The translations under genes and the position numbers were made by a program. Shown in pieces: positions 49,591-62,443 of a stretch of DNA of 64,000 bases (the stretch's first letter is position 1; each line of letters opens with the position of its first letter). The stretch covers positions 83,918,934 to 83,982,933 of the forward strand of contig JARDVH010000073.1 in NCBI GenBank assembly GCA_030324005.1. The letters run 5' to 3'. Under the pieces are notes generated by a model that had not been told where the DNA came from, searched no databases, and saw nothing but the letters and a program-made list of their open reading frames with translations. The DNA comes from Negaprion brevirostris. Its lineage: Eukaryota.

Positions 49591-52500
49591 CCATTTTGAA
49601 TGAGCATCAACCATTACTAATAACACTGTCCTTCAAAGGTCCTGCAAATTGAACTTGCCAAGCCTCTTGCAGCCATTCCCAAGGATACAGTGGTGCTGAC
49701 AGGGGCCAGTTTCATACCTTTACACATGATGAACATGTACCAGCTTTCTCTTCAATCTCCATGTCCAATCCAGGCCACCAGAAATAACTCCTCACTATTT
49801 CTTTCATGCACGCAATCCCATAATTTGTGCAATTTTTTCTTCTCAATGGTGATGGATTGATTACTCTGAGCACCCGAAGAAGACATCCTGAGTGTATAGA
49901 AAGCTACATTTTTCTCGTGGAGTACAGTTTCAAGTCAGGTTTTAGTTCTGAGGTCTTACCTTGTAGTACCATGTCCATTACTTTGGAGAACATTCTGAGT
50001 ATATTGCTTCACTTGTCCTAAAGCAACAAGAATCTACTTCCATTTGAGTAGTTTGATAAATTACTTGCTCGTCATAATTGAGAAAGTCCATCAAAAGCAA
50101 TGTCCATCTCTGGATTCTACTTGTTGCAAATGATGGAATTCATACGCGTGGTCCAAAAATAGTTAACAATGGTCCATCAACAGTGTGAAATTTCTTCTGT
50201 ACCAGAATTGATGGAATCTCTTTACTCCAAATATAATCCTTAAAGCTTCCCTTTCGATTCGTATGTAGTTACTTTCAGCTTTGTGCACTATTTGAGACAA
50301 AAAGGCAATGGATCTTTCTTCACCCAATGGAATGTTGTGGGATACCACCACTCCAACACCATAAGGAGATATATCTCACGTCAATTGTAGGGGTAGGGTA
50401 GGATGAAAACGCAAAAGGACTTCTGATTTGAGAAATGCTTCTTTAGCATTCACAAAAGCATCATTGCATTGATCTAACCACTTCCACTTCTTGTTTTGGC
50501 ACAACAGTTCATGCAATGGTTTTAAAGTGGTTGCCAAGTATGAAACGAATCTTCAACTATCCGAGGAAGGATCGCAACCTGAAAATATTCTGAGGTGCAG
50601 GCGTGTCTGGGATCATCTTCACCTTTGAAGGAGATTTGTGAAGGCTTGCAGCATCAATCACATGTTCCAAATACTCAATGGAGGATTGGAAAAATTCATA
50701 CTTGTCCTTGCAGACTCTCAGTCCATAATCTTCCAATCTCTGAAGAGTGGCATCCAAATTCTGAAATATTCCTCTTCATCTCTGTCAGTGACTAGGATGT
50801 CATTTCAGATAGTACTGGACTCTATTCAGTTCACTACTACCTGATGCATTGCTCTTTGAAATAATGCTGGAACTGATGTAATACTAAACAGTAATCTTGG
50901 GTATTGAAACAAGCCTTATGTATCATGACTGTCAGAAGTTCCTGTGTCTTCTGGTCCATGTTCATCTGTATGTCTGGCTCAGGTGAGTTATGCTAAAATG
51001 TTGGCCTCCTAATCCCACAAAACAGGTAATCAATGTGGGCTAGTTGATATTGTTCCATACACAACACTGGATTAAGGATGTTCTTGAAGTCTCCACAAAT
51101 CCAAACAGATCCATCCTTTTTGATGACAAGTACTATTAGTGTTGCCCATTCACAAATATTGACAGGTTCCAAGACTTCCGTCTCCACCAGTCATTCCAAA
51201 TCAGCCTCCACTTTCATGTTATTACTGGGATCTCATTCTAGATAACACTGGATGCCACTCAGTCCACTCAAGTAGTGATCCATTGCTCTTTGAAACAATG
51301 CTGGAGCTGATGTGATACCAAACAGTAATCTTTGGTACTGGAACAAGCCTTTATGTATCACAATTGTCAGAATTTCCTGTGACCTCTGGTCTACCTTCAT
51401 CTGTAGGTATGCTTGGCTCTGGTGGATTTTTCTCAAATGTTGGCTTCCTACCAATCCTGCAAACAGGTCTTCATTGTGGGTTAATAGGTATTGTTCTGGA
51501 CACAGCACTGAATTTGAAGGCTCCACAAATCTATACAGATCCATCCTTTTGATGACTGGTATTATTAGTATGGCACATTCACGAATACTGATCGGTTCCA
51601 AGAATTTCATCTTCACCAGATGTTCCAAGTCAGTCTCCACTTTCGCCTGATAGCAGGAGGTACAAACCTTGCCTTCAAGCATTTTGTTTGGCTTACTTCT
51701 TTAACCTTCAAGTTAACTGTAATGTCGTTCATACTCCCCAATTCTCCATATGTTTCTTCAGAATTTTTGTGTGACCTGATTCTCCATTAGTTATCAGGAT
51801 GATTTTGGCCCACTTAAGTCAAATCTTTTCTAAGCATTTTGACCCATCATTGTTGGATATTTGCCCTTTACTACATGTAAAGACAATTCTGCTGTTTGCC
51901 CATTAAATTGTGCAACCACCTCAATGTGGGCCTTCGGTGGAACCACTTCACTTGTATACATCTTTAACACTCTTCTTGAAGCTTTTAAGGGGACATTGTC
52001 TCCATTTTTCTTTACGTACAGCCTCTGGCATCAGTAAGAATGCTGCTCCAGTATCGACTTCTATCCTTACTGGCTGTCCATCCAGCAGTAGAGTGATCCA
52101 GTATTTATTCATATCACTATCAATAGCTAGCATGTTCAGTAATAATTCATCCTCAGACTGAGAGATGTTTTGTTTCTCTTGACCTTTTTGCACAGCACGA
52201 ACACCTCTTCATTTATTGTGTTTACAGATTGTCTTGGTTTGCTTTTGGTTCTTATTGTTTTTGCTCGCAGCTTGCTTTTTCTTCGAGCAGGCACATAACC
52301 TTGTTTTCACTGCTTCTGCATATTACATCCTTGCACTAGCATTCTGCAGCTAAATGCCCTGACATCGATGACATGTACAAGTTTCAAAACTCTGATGTGT
52401 CATTTCAGCTGACATGTTTTTATATCTGGATATTCAATCTCAGTTGCTGAGCTTCTTTTTCAGTCAGCTCCATTGAATCAGCAATTCCCATGGCCTTTTT

Positions 52501-53197
52501 CAGAGTAAGGTTACTCTTGGTTAGCCAGCACTTTTGACCTCCCTTCACAGATCGCAGATCAATTGTTCCCAAATTGTATCATTCAGCACATCACCAAAGT
52601 CACAATACCCTGCAAGTCTTCTTAATACAGCTACCAATTGTGCAATTGATCCCCCTTCTTCTTGATGTCTTTTGTGAAATCTGAAGAGCTCTGTAATCAC
52701 CAAAGGCTTCGCCAAACAGCATGCTTGCAGAATCTCTACAATTTGTTCATACCTTTTACTGCCTGGCTTCTCTGGTTGCATTAAAATTCTGAGGAGATCA
52801 TTTTTTTTCTCCCCATCACATTCAGGAACATGGGAACCCCAATATCTTCTACTACTTTGTTAGCCTGCACAAAATAGTCAAAAGGCTCAGAATGGGAGCC
52901 CCATCACTCTAAACCTTCATCAAAGTGTTCCATGGCACTGAAAACTCCTGCCATTTTCTTCCCAATGGAATGACCTTGCTTTTCCCATTTAAACAAGGCA
53001 ACAACCTGAGCTTCAGTTTCTCTTTCAAAAAACCCTAGCTCTATAGTTGCCCTGAGGAGGATCCTGACACATGTCCACCTCACCAGTGATGTCCAGAGCA
53101 CATGTAAGAACTTTTCTTCTAAGTCTTTATTTCCAACTTTTGCTCATTTTTTTCCCTCCCAACAAGTGCCGTTCAAGATCCTCATCACCAGTTTTTG

Positions 53198-53411
53198 TGT
53201 TGTCTACTATGGTACTGATGCTATAAAGCACAAATGGTTAAAAAGTAACAGAACTTAATTTACAAGGTGAGTTCAGCACAGGCTGCTTCTTCACTCTGGC
53301 TGTATCCAACACTAGTGACCAGTGATGTCATTTGTAATGATAATATGCATATATTAATGCAGTGCTTATTGCAACTACTGCACTCAATATAAATACATGA
53401 CAGTACCAACA
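53198..53411 (-). repeat. 5' LTR of the Gypsy element
   Basis: TG...CA termini with a short inverted repeat (tgttg / caaca); PBS-like sequence adjacent on the internal side. Confidence 0.78.
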
Positions 53412-53430
53412 TTGTAGAGATAAGTTGATG

Positions 53431-53521
53431 GGGTGTCACAGTGGCACGATGGGAGCACTGCTGCCTCTCAGCACCAGGGAAATAGGTTCAGTTCCAGCCT
53501 AGGGTGATTATCTGTATGGAG
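53431..53521 (+). mobile_element. HE1-type SINE 5' part (runs into a gap)
   Basis: cacagtggcacgatgggagcactgctgcctc...ggttcagttccagcc. Confidence 0.7.
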
Positions 53522-55719
53522 NNNNNNNNNNNNNNNNNNNNNNNNNNNNNNNNNNNNNNNNNNNNNNNNNNNNNNNNNNNNNNNNNNNNNNNNNNNNNNN
53601 NNNNNNNNNNNNNNNNNNNNNNNNNNNNNNNNNNNNNNNNNNNNNNNNNNNNNNNNNNNNNNNNNNNNNNNNNNNNNNNNNNNNNNNNNNNNNNNNNNNN
53701 NNNNNNNNNNNNNNNNNNNNNNNNNNNNNNNNNNNNNNNNNNNNNNNNNNNNNNNNNNNNNNNNNNNNNNNNNNNNNNNNNNNNNNNNNNNNNNNNNNNN
53801 NNGGCTTTTACTCATTCTTAATGCCTTTTCAAGATAACCCTGGGGGTCTTTTTTCTGAAATGGGAAATATACGCAAGTCAGTTGGAAAGATAGGCTAATA
53901 TTTTATGTGGAATATCCATCCTTCAAGCCATTGCTCTACCTTCCACATCTTGTTTTCCTTCGTAATTTTACAGTGGATTCCATTCAAAATGCTAACTTCT
54001 TTTTTCCTTTTGGATATTGATCAGTTGTCCATGTTCAGCATTTTCTTTTCACAAGTAAACATGACAATATTCATCCTAGCCACTAGATGTAGCACTTTGC
54101 AGGGTTGGTAGGTTTTATCTTAGGTAGTGAACATGTTAAGAAAAACATATATAGCGAGCTGTGTAAAGGTCTTTTCACTTATCCCCGACTCCCCACCATT
54201 CCTCCACCCCCACCCAGCTCTCCCCAACTCCAATTCCACTATTTAAATCATGAAGTAACAGTGATGTGGAGGATTGAATTAAGCCTTCATTTCAAGGAGA
54301 GAGAGGAAGCATAAGATTGAAAGTTAAAAGTAAAAAGCTAATTCATAGCTGAAAACCATTAATTCAGCATAAAATAAGGAATTAAAGGAGAGTTTTTGCT
54401 TCTTGAAAATCTTTCTATTATCCAGTTTGTTTCACTCATCCTTCTATTACCCTTAGAATCTTCATTCCCCAGTTGGATATGATCTCTGATCTAATATGTC
54501 AGGCATTTACAATAGTCAGCATGAAACTTAATCTCTCTTTGCCTCTGCACTCTGTAGCTGGTGTAACTTTTCCATTAACTTAAACAAATGGTGCTATATT
54601 TTTAGAATGTGTAATTACCCTGCATCAGCATGCTCGGTCCAGGCTGTGCCTAAGAAAGTGTGCTGCTGAATGAATCAAGTTCAAAAGAGCTTTGCTTATA
54701 AAAATGTTGAAACTTGAATCCTTGGATGTGGTGATTAATGAAATGCCTCTTGATCATTTGATCTGATCCCACTTGCTCAGATAAATTGTTTTAGGTTTCC
54801 TTTGGCATAGATTAGATTTTTAGCATAAATGGCTTTGAGAGAAAGATCCCCATGCTTTAAAAAGATAAATCAGTAGCATTCCTTAAAAGGTTACCACTGA
54901 GGATCGTAGTATGCTTTTTCTTTCATTTAAAAGTAAGAACGAGGTATTTTTTTTAAAAAACATACCACTGTTGGGCAAGGCCCTTGTCAGACCACCTATT
55001 GGATTCTTAATGAATCTGTGATTAAAGACATTTGTTAGTGGACAACAGGCACTTAACATTGACAAAATCTGTCAATTTTCTAAGTTGGAGCGTGCCGACC
55101 GCAGCTGTGTCAGCTTGCTGTTATTATGCATAAAAAACACAATGAAGTCCATAATGCAATCATTGACATATCAATTGAATGTGTTGCAAATGGAGTGAAC
55201 TGCAACAGGAGGAATCTCTCCTTGTGAAGGCAATCCTTGCCTTAGGTGTGATGGCAAATGTTTCTTTAGTCATGCATCTGTTTTTTGAACTTCTTATCTA
55301 AATTTTTAAAATATTTAAAAGGTGTCTATTTCCTACATTTCCTAATCAGTTTGTAGATTTGTGTCCCACTTAAACTATAAACACAGATAATTTTGGTTGA
55401 TATTCAGGTACAATCCTAAACAAATTCTACTATGTTGGAAGAGGCATTCTTTGTGTCTGCCTATTACGGCAGCTTAAACGGACATTAAATTTATCATAAA
55501 AGCAAAATTCTGTGAACACTGGAATCTGAGACAAAAACAGAAAATGCTGGAAAATCTCAGCAATTCTGACAGCTGTGAGAGCAGATAAAGCCAATGTTTC
55601 AAATCAGGGTGATGCTTCAACAGAGCTCTGAAGTTAACATGATACCATTTAAGTAGCAGGGAATTTATTGGACAACATTTCTCCCCTAACGAATAATTGT
55701 AGAAATATTAGAATAGTGT

Positions 55720-57340
55720 AGAAAGGAGGATGTTGACATTTTGCGACATGTTGAGATAAAAAGGGAGACGGTATTGGAGGTTTTGAAAAGCATTAAGGCG
55801 CACAAGTTCCCAGGGCCAGATAGGGTTTATCTGAGAATACTGAGAGAGGCAAAGGAAAGAATTGCTCAGGCCTTGGCCAAAATCTTTGTGCCCTCTTCAG
55901 TCACGGGCAAGATACTAGATCTTCGGAGAGTAGCTGTTTTAGAAGGCAGAAGAGACAATCTGGGAAATTACAGTCTTGTGAGCCTGATATCAGTGGTGGG
56001 GAAATTATTGGAGAAGATTCTTAGGGACAGGATGTACTTACATCTGGAAGAAAATAGGCTTATTGGCAAAGGCAGCATTGTTTTATGAAGAGGAGGTTGT
56101 GTATAACAAACTTGATTGAGTTCTTTGAGGAAGGAACAAGAAAAATTGACCAGGATCAGGGCAATGGATGTTGTATATCTAGAATTTAGTAAAACTTTTG
56201 ATTAAAATTCCTCANNNNNNNNNNNNNNNNNNNNNNNNNNNNNNNNNNNNNNNNNNNNNNNNNNNNNNNNNNNNNNNNNNNNNNNNNNNATAGGAAGCAG
56301 AGAGTAGCAGTGGGAGGGTACTTTTCAAACTTGAGGTCTGTGATAAGTGGTGTTCCACAAGGATCAGTGCTGGAACCTCTGTTGTTTGAAATACATATAA
56401 ATGATTTGGAGAAAAATGTGGGTAGTCTGATTATTAAATTTGCAGATGATAAAAAAATTGGGGGAGTAGCAGATAGTGAGCAGGATTGTCAGAGGATATG
56501 GCAGGATATAAATAAACTGGAGACTTGGGCCAAAAGATGGCAAATGGAATTTAACCCAGACAAATGTGAAATGATGTGATTTGGAAGGTCTACTATAGTA
56601 AATGGCAGACACCTAAGAAATATTAGCATATAGAGGGATCTAGGTATGCAGATCCACAGTTCCCTGAAGGCGGCAACTGAGGTGGACAAGGTGGTCAAGA
56701 AGGAGTTTGGCATGCTGGCCTTTATCGGTCGGGTGTTGAGTACAGGAATTGGAAAATCATGTTACAGCCGTATAAGATTTTAATTGGGCCACATTTGGAG
56801 TATTGAGTACAATTCTGGTCACCACACTACCAGAAGGATGTTGATGCACTGGAAAAGGTGCAGAAGAGATTTACCAGGATGTTGCCTGGTTTGGAGAATA
56901 TGGACTATGAAGAAAGGTTGGAGAAGCTTGGATTGTTTTCATTGGAGCATCGGAGGATGAGGGGGGACCTGATAAACGTTTATAAGATAATGACAGGCTT
57001 GGATAGAATGGATAGTCAGAGTCTTTTTTCCAGGGTCAAAGGGCCAATTACTTGGTGGCATTGGTTAAGAGTGAGAGGGGAAAAGCTTAAAAGAGATGTC
57101 AGGGGCAGGTTTTTCACACAGAGGGTGGTGAATGCCTGAAATGTGCTGCCAGAGGAGATGGTGGAAGCAAATCCTCTAACAGTGTTCAAGAAGCATCTGG
57201 ATAGATACATAAATAGACAGGGAATAGAAGGATATGGACCAGTAGAGGCAAAAAAAAATTATATTAGAGAGACATCTGTGTTGGCAAAGACTTGGTGGGC
57301 TTAAGGGCCTGTTCCTGTGCTGTACTATTCTTTATTCTTA
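55720..57340 (+). mobile_element. CR1 LINE (RT and 3' UTR), decayed
   Basis: PGPD..Y.RIL, SGVPQGSVLEP, KFADDKK, QKRFTRMLPGL, FFTQRVVNA; tail cctgtgctgtactattctttattct. Confidence 0.92.
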
Positions 57341-59059
57341 ACCAATAATATTGAAAGAATAATCAATTGGTCACTTGTTTTATTGTTTCAGTATTGTTTA
57401 CTTAAAAACATTATATCCCTGTAACTTAAAATTTATTAAGTGAAGTATCTTAACAACTGCATACAATCCATGAAATTCTTCCATCCCACTCCCCATCCAT
57501 TGCAGATTGTCTCGTCCCACTTTTACACAGCACCAAGTATTGACTATCTGAACATGAAACTTGGACAATTTTCCAGGGGTCACTGTCAGCTTGGTAAATG
57601 AAGCTCAAGTCTCACACCATAAAGAAAACAGGACAGTACATGCATTTCCCCAGCAATATTATTCTTTCCTGTAATCAAAATTGACTCATATATCCTCCCA
57701 CCAAAACCATGATAATGCTTTATAGCTGTATAGTTTTGTCAAAATCACGCCAAGTCTTGTTACATGATCCAAGTGTAACATAAAGAGCTCAATCTTCTCT
57801 CCCATTTACTTATGATACCATACTATGACAAAGCACTTTCCTTGTAATCACAAGCTTTCACCATTCATGCTGTCAATCATTTAACAGTGCATTGGCTAAA
57901 TGTTTCTCTCTGATCATTAATAGGTCAATTTATTTTATTTAATTCATCAAAAATAGTTTCTTCATCTTTTTCATTATTTTAACCAAGAGCAATCCTGTAT
58001 CACTTTGGATGTTTTCACATTTAGTCCTTCACTATCTCTTCAAACCTCAAATGGAACTTTTTCCCTCCCATCCCTTAATCTGGTCGCCAAACAGTCTACC
58101 CAATAAATGACTGCTTTCATGGCTCAGCAAAGTGTGTGGTGGGGGGGTGCATTGGTGAATGGGGAACTTGAAATGGGAGGGGTCCAGAAAAGAGGCCTCC
58201 TATCCTCTTCACCAGCCAGTAAGTTTCACCTAGTGGGCTGGACACTTGTCACTACCCTTCCCCCAATGCTAGTGAAATCAAAGTAGGGTTGGAGTAGTTA
58301 GGCAGCAAGCAAGCGTGCTTGAAGTGGTGGCCACTGCTGGGACTGCAACAATCTCCAAGGGAGCTCAGATGAAGACAAATCCGGGGTTTCACCTAGGCCT
58401 GCCCTGGAGTTCCTGGGGCTTGGATGGACAGTGCATGGGGAAATGGGGGATGCAGTGAGAGACTACAGAGGGCACCATGAAATTATGGCCTCTGTTTCCA
58501 TTTTCCTGCCAAACATTTTCCCCTCTTAATAAAGTAGGAGAATGCAATAAAGAACAACAAACTCTAAAGAATAAGAAATATCTAAGAAATTTAAGTATTA
58601 AATAAAAGAAAGGTTTAATGGTTACTTTATCAAGAATATTAAACAATACAATTTCTATGAGACCAGAATAAACTACAGCAAAGAAAATAATTAAGAGGAG
58701 AATGCCTATCTGGAAATAAAGTTTTGTCTATCAGAAGCTTCATGTCAAAATGTATTTTCATAAATTACATAAATGCTAGGAACTGAATCTTCTGGCTCTT
58801 CCCACAAGTGGGATCTTTCAGTCCCACTGATGGCAACTGTGTGGTGGCAGAAGATGTGAGCAACGCAACATGCCATAGATATCAGTAGGACTGGAATATA
58901 CCACTAGCAACCAATGGCGGGTTGCCTCCACTGCCAGAAAATAGGCTGTGCAATGGCTGGAAAATTCAGCCCTACGTTCCTATTTTACAATGGCACATTT
59001 TTATAAATGGGTTACATAACAATTAACCTGGACACATTATTACCAAGATCATTCCTTAC

Positions 59060-59338
59060 CTGCCAGCTGGAAAAGAGTAGCATGTCTGAAGCTCTCTGAG
59101 TGATTGTATTTCATCAGATGGAGCAAGGAACCCATTTGATGAACAAAGAATCCTGGCTTTCCATAAGACTCAAAGGCATTGTATCCTAAAATCCATGCAT
59201 CTTTGTGGAATATAAATGTTGCTTCTTTTTGAAAAGTTTTGTTACTTTCCCATTTATTGAGGTGCAGGGCTCCATCATATCTCATCCGAAGGAAGTAATT
59301 TGGTTTGTCAGCCACTTCCAAGGAAATTAATGATGCAT
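59060..59338 (-). CDS. OTOG: Otogelin exon, AbfB (alpha-L-arabinofuranosidase B-like) domain: (D)ASLISLEVADKPNYFLRMRYDGALHLNKWESNKTFQKEATFIFHKDAWILGYNAFESYGKPGFFVHQMGSLLHLMKYNHSESFRHATLFQLA
   Basis: Acceptor tttatcacAG, donor GTAAGG; 279 nt, phase 1/1. SLE..D.PNYFL and F...ATF motifs are typical of the otogelin-family AbfB domain (ORF 59049..59351). Confidence 0.92.
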
Positions 59339-59374
59339 CTGTGATAAACAAAATAAAGAGTTGCAGTTAGATGG

Positions 59375-59478
59375 CAATTTGTACGAGCACTGTAAGTCAC
59401 AAAGCACTTTACAGTCAATTAGGTACTCTTGAAATGTAGTCACTGTTGCAACGTAGGAAACATGGCCACCAATTTGAA
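59375..59478 (-). mobile_element. Deu-domain SINE (SacSINE1/AmnSINE1-like) 3' remnant
   Basis: Reverse complement aaattggtggccatgtttcctacgttgcaacagtgactacatttcaagagtacctaattgactgtaaagtgctttg matches the recalled Deu-SINE 3' consensus. Confidence 0.6.
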
Positions 59479-59714
59479 TACAAATAATAATGTGATAAAA
59501 ACTAAATAATTTTGATATTGAATAACCAGCTAATGGGCCCAGGTGACTGCATTGCTCAGTGGGGAGAGAGACAGGCAGTAACCAGGCACTGCATCCTGGA
59601 ACTGCAAGCATGATGTCGTCGTAACTACCCCTTGGATTTTTTTCGATCTCTCTAATAATGCAACGAGAAAGCCACCATTGTGGCCCATGGCTTCAATGCC
59701 ATGTTTCCTGCCCA

Positions 59715-60482
59715 TTGCCATACTCTGCATAAAAAGGGAAAATTCTGCCAGTCTGTGTCGTTGACAGTGTCTGGGACAGGCTTTCTGGATAGAAGTTTCA
59801 CACTATGTGTGATGGGCTGGGTGACGGGACGGTTGAAGGCAGGAAGACAGTGCTGAGGCCTTTGGTGGGGGGACTTGGCAGTTGACAAGGAGAGTAGATA
59901 GTGAGGAGTGGGACCTGGCATTGAGGGTGGGGTCTGGCAGTGAGAGGGAGTGCCAATGATATTGCCGTGGTGGTTGTTAGTTGTGGGGTGTGGTGAGGTG
60001 AGAGCCCCCAATAATTGTGCCAAAAGGTGGGGGGTTGTTCCTGTTACCTTCATGGTGGGGCTGCTGCTGAGGGGAGTTTCACTATAGTTCTGATCAGGGT
60101 ATCCCTTTAAGATGGTGCCCGATATCTGTGGAGCCAGCCTTGCAGTGTCAACTTGGCAGTGCCAACCTTGCCATGGCACTGCCATGACGTGTCCCTCTCC
60201 TTGCAGTGGCTGGAAAATCCAGAAGGGCTCTTATTGCCTTGGTGTCCCCAGCAGGGTACCCTCAACAGTTTCCTGTTTTTATAAAGCTGATGTGAACCTG
60301 TGGGCAAGATTTGAATTTTCTATAAGGGTGTGATCAGATGACCCTTAAAATGTATCTAAATGAGGCGGGAACCTCATTACATCCCTGTCGAGGGGGTGGA
60401 GAAAATCTTATTTCCTGAATCTCATGTATTTTGTCAGTGTCAACATTGTCACTGACGGTGAACATAGGCATAAAATCACCCC
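59715..60482. mobile_element. GC-rich MITE-like element
   Basis: GC-rich block with ggcagtgcc motifs ending ...taaaatcacccc, as at 6301-6316. Confidence 0.45.
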
Positions 60483-62443
60483 AAGTGTCTTACTATTTGA
60501 ATAGAATGTGTAAATTAACCTTAATCAGCCAATTATCCCTAACTTTATTGGCTCTAAAAGAACTAAATCCCACATTTTTATAGCAACTTTAACATGGGAA
60601 ACATCCACCTTGCTGCACCAGAATTGGATCTGTGCCTATTCACTGGCACAGTGACACATGTGCTCGCAAACAGCAGTACCAGCGCAAATATATCTGAATG
60701 CATATCTGGCCATAGTAGTGGATGAGTTTCAGAATAACTGCAGTAGATCATGGTTTACAATGGGACTGTTTGCAAAAACTCAGAATACAGCGATCAACGC
60801 TCAGCATAGTTACCCAGCAAGCACATCCTACATCCATGGGCAATGACTAACTTGGAAAAGTGATTGAGCAACTGACCTCATGGCATCTAGATCAGTACAG
60901 ATCTAGATATATAGGAGTGCTCTCTGTACAAGCACTCTGACTGCTAACATCAGCATAGGACTGGCTCAGGCGTCTCTGTGCTGCTCAGCTGCATCCATCT
61001 CCTTCCAAGCATGTTGCAGGGCTCACCTTTCAGGGTGGTGTCATTTTAAAGAAAATAGCGTTGCCTTCATAGTGATTACTTCATATTGAACCATCTTCAT
61101 TTCTGTAGCCATCACAAAGAGGGCCATGTCCTGAGCTGTTCTGTTACTTACCCACAAGCCTGTACTACAAATTTGTTTTACCTTTGCTTTATTTTTGCGT
61201 GTCATTTCTACGGCCCTCTTCCTTCAACTTTGGGTAAAGGCTACAAGTGTGTTGAAATTACTTTTGAACCTTCCATAAGGTTCCAAGAAGTGTTGTTGCC
61301 TTTCCACTTTTTGCCTGGCCCTCAATTTTCTGCTCTACCATTAATGTCAGTCCACTACATTCCCAAATCTACAGCTGTAGCTGTGCCTAATGGTGTTAAT
61401 TATCTGACCTCAGTTAAATGCGTGCATTTACGTTACTTCAGATATGTTTTGATCCCATTTCTAACTACCTGAGAAGAAATTGCATCTGTTTCAGGAAATA
61501 TACCCTAGTTTATAGATGAGCCATTCAGATAAGAAAATCTCAAGTTTATTCCTCACTGTTTATATGTTTGTTGATCACAGCTGAGTCAACATTCAATGGA
61601 TGATATAACTGGCACCAGTGACCTTGAACTAGGCAAGGAGTAAAAATTANNNNNNNNNNNNNNNNNNNNNNNNNNNNNNNNNNNNNNNNNNNNNNNNNNN
61701 NNNNNNNCAGTCTGGTTCTTGCTTGCCTGATAATCTTGTGCGTAAGAATAGATATTGGGTGAGCTATTGGTAGGTGCCGGGTCCTAGTGATGAGACCAAA
61801 AATAGCCCGAAATTAACAGCTTCATTTCAAGAGGAACCAAGAAAGAGAAACAAATATATTGAACAAATATGCTGAACAAAGGGAATATGTAACTCTACAC
61901 AAGCAAAACTTTATATTCATAGATCTATACCAAACCTTTATAGATATATGGTTCTTGAAAATTGTACTTCCATACATGTATTCTCAAGTTGTGCATCTAG
62001 GATTATTCTAATGATTTCATAAGCATTTACCCCCTCATCTGTACACTGACATCTATTCTTTGGAGTAAAACATGAAGACACCACCTAGAATTGACTTCAA
62101 CCAGCAATAGGAAAATGTGATAAAAAGCCAACACAGACCCTTGTTTTTGAGGTTTATTATAGTGCTGTACCATTATAGCTGCTTTATCTTTCAGCTTTTT
62201 ATTTTCAGTAACTATAGCAGGAAACTCAAAAGCAGAGGCAGATGACAGAAAATGAAGAATAAGTTTACTACGCAGTTGCTACTTTGACATATGCTTAACA
62301 CTTGCATTTCTATCACAAGGGCTAGAATATGATCAGATGATGCTGGGGTGCAAAGCATGGCTAGTTATAATGTTGCTTTCTGGCAAATATACAGTGTTTA
62401 CTGCTGAACAATTGCCAAGTTAATTGGACTTAGATTTACTTAC

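Larger units (their letters stand above)
45786..53411 (-). mobile_element. Ty3/Gypsy LTR retrotransposon (Mag-like), decayed, with nested insertions
   Basis: Diverged direct LTRs at ~45786-46000 and ~53198-53411 (shared acaggctgcttcttcact, atatgcatatatta, cagtgctta.tgcaacta). PBS-like TGGTGATGAG at 53181-53190. gag (ITELFRFHKRHQEEG), protease VDTGA, RT (FGITSAPALFQRAMD), RNase H (IEREALRIIFGVKRFHQF), integrase (YFWWPGLD, LVSDN.PQF, RHVDQL). Confidence 0.9.
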
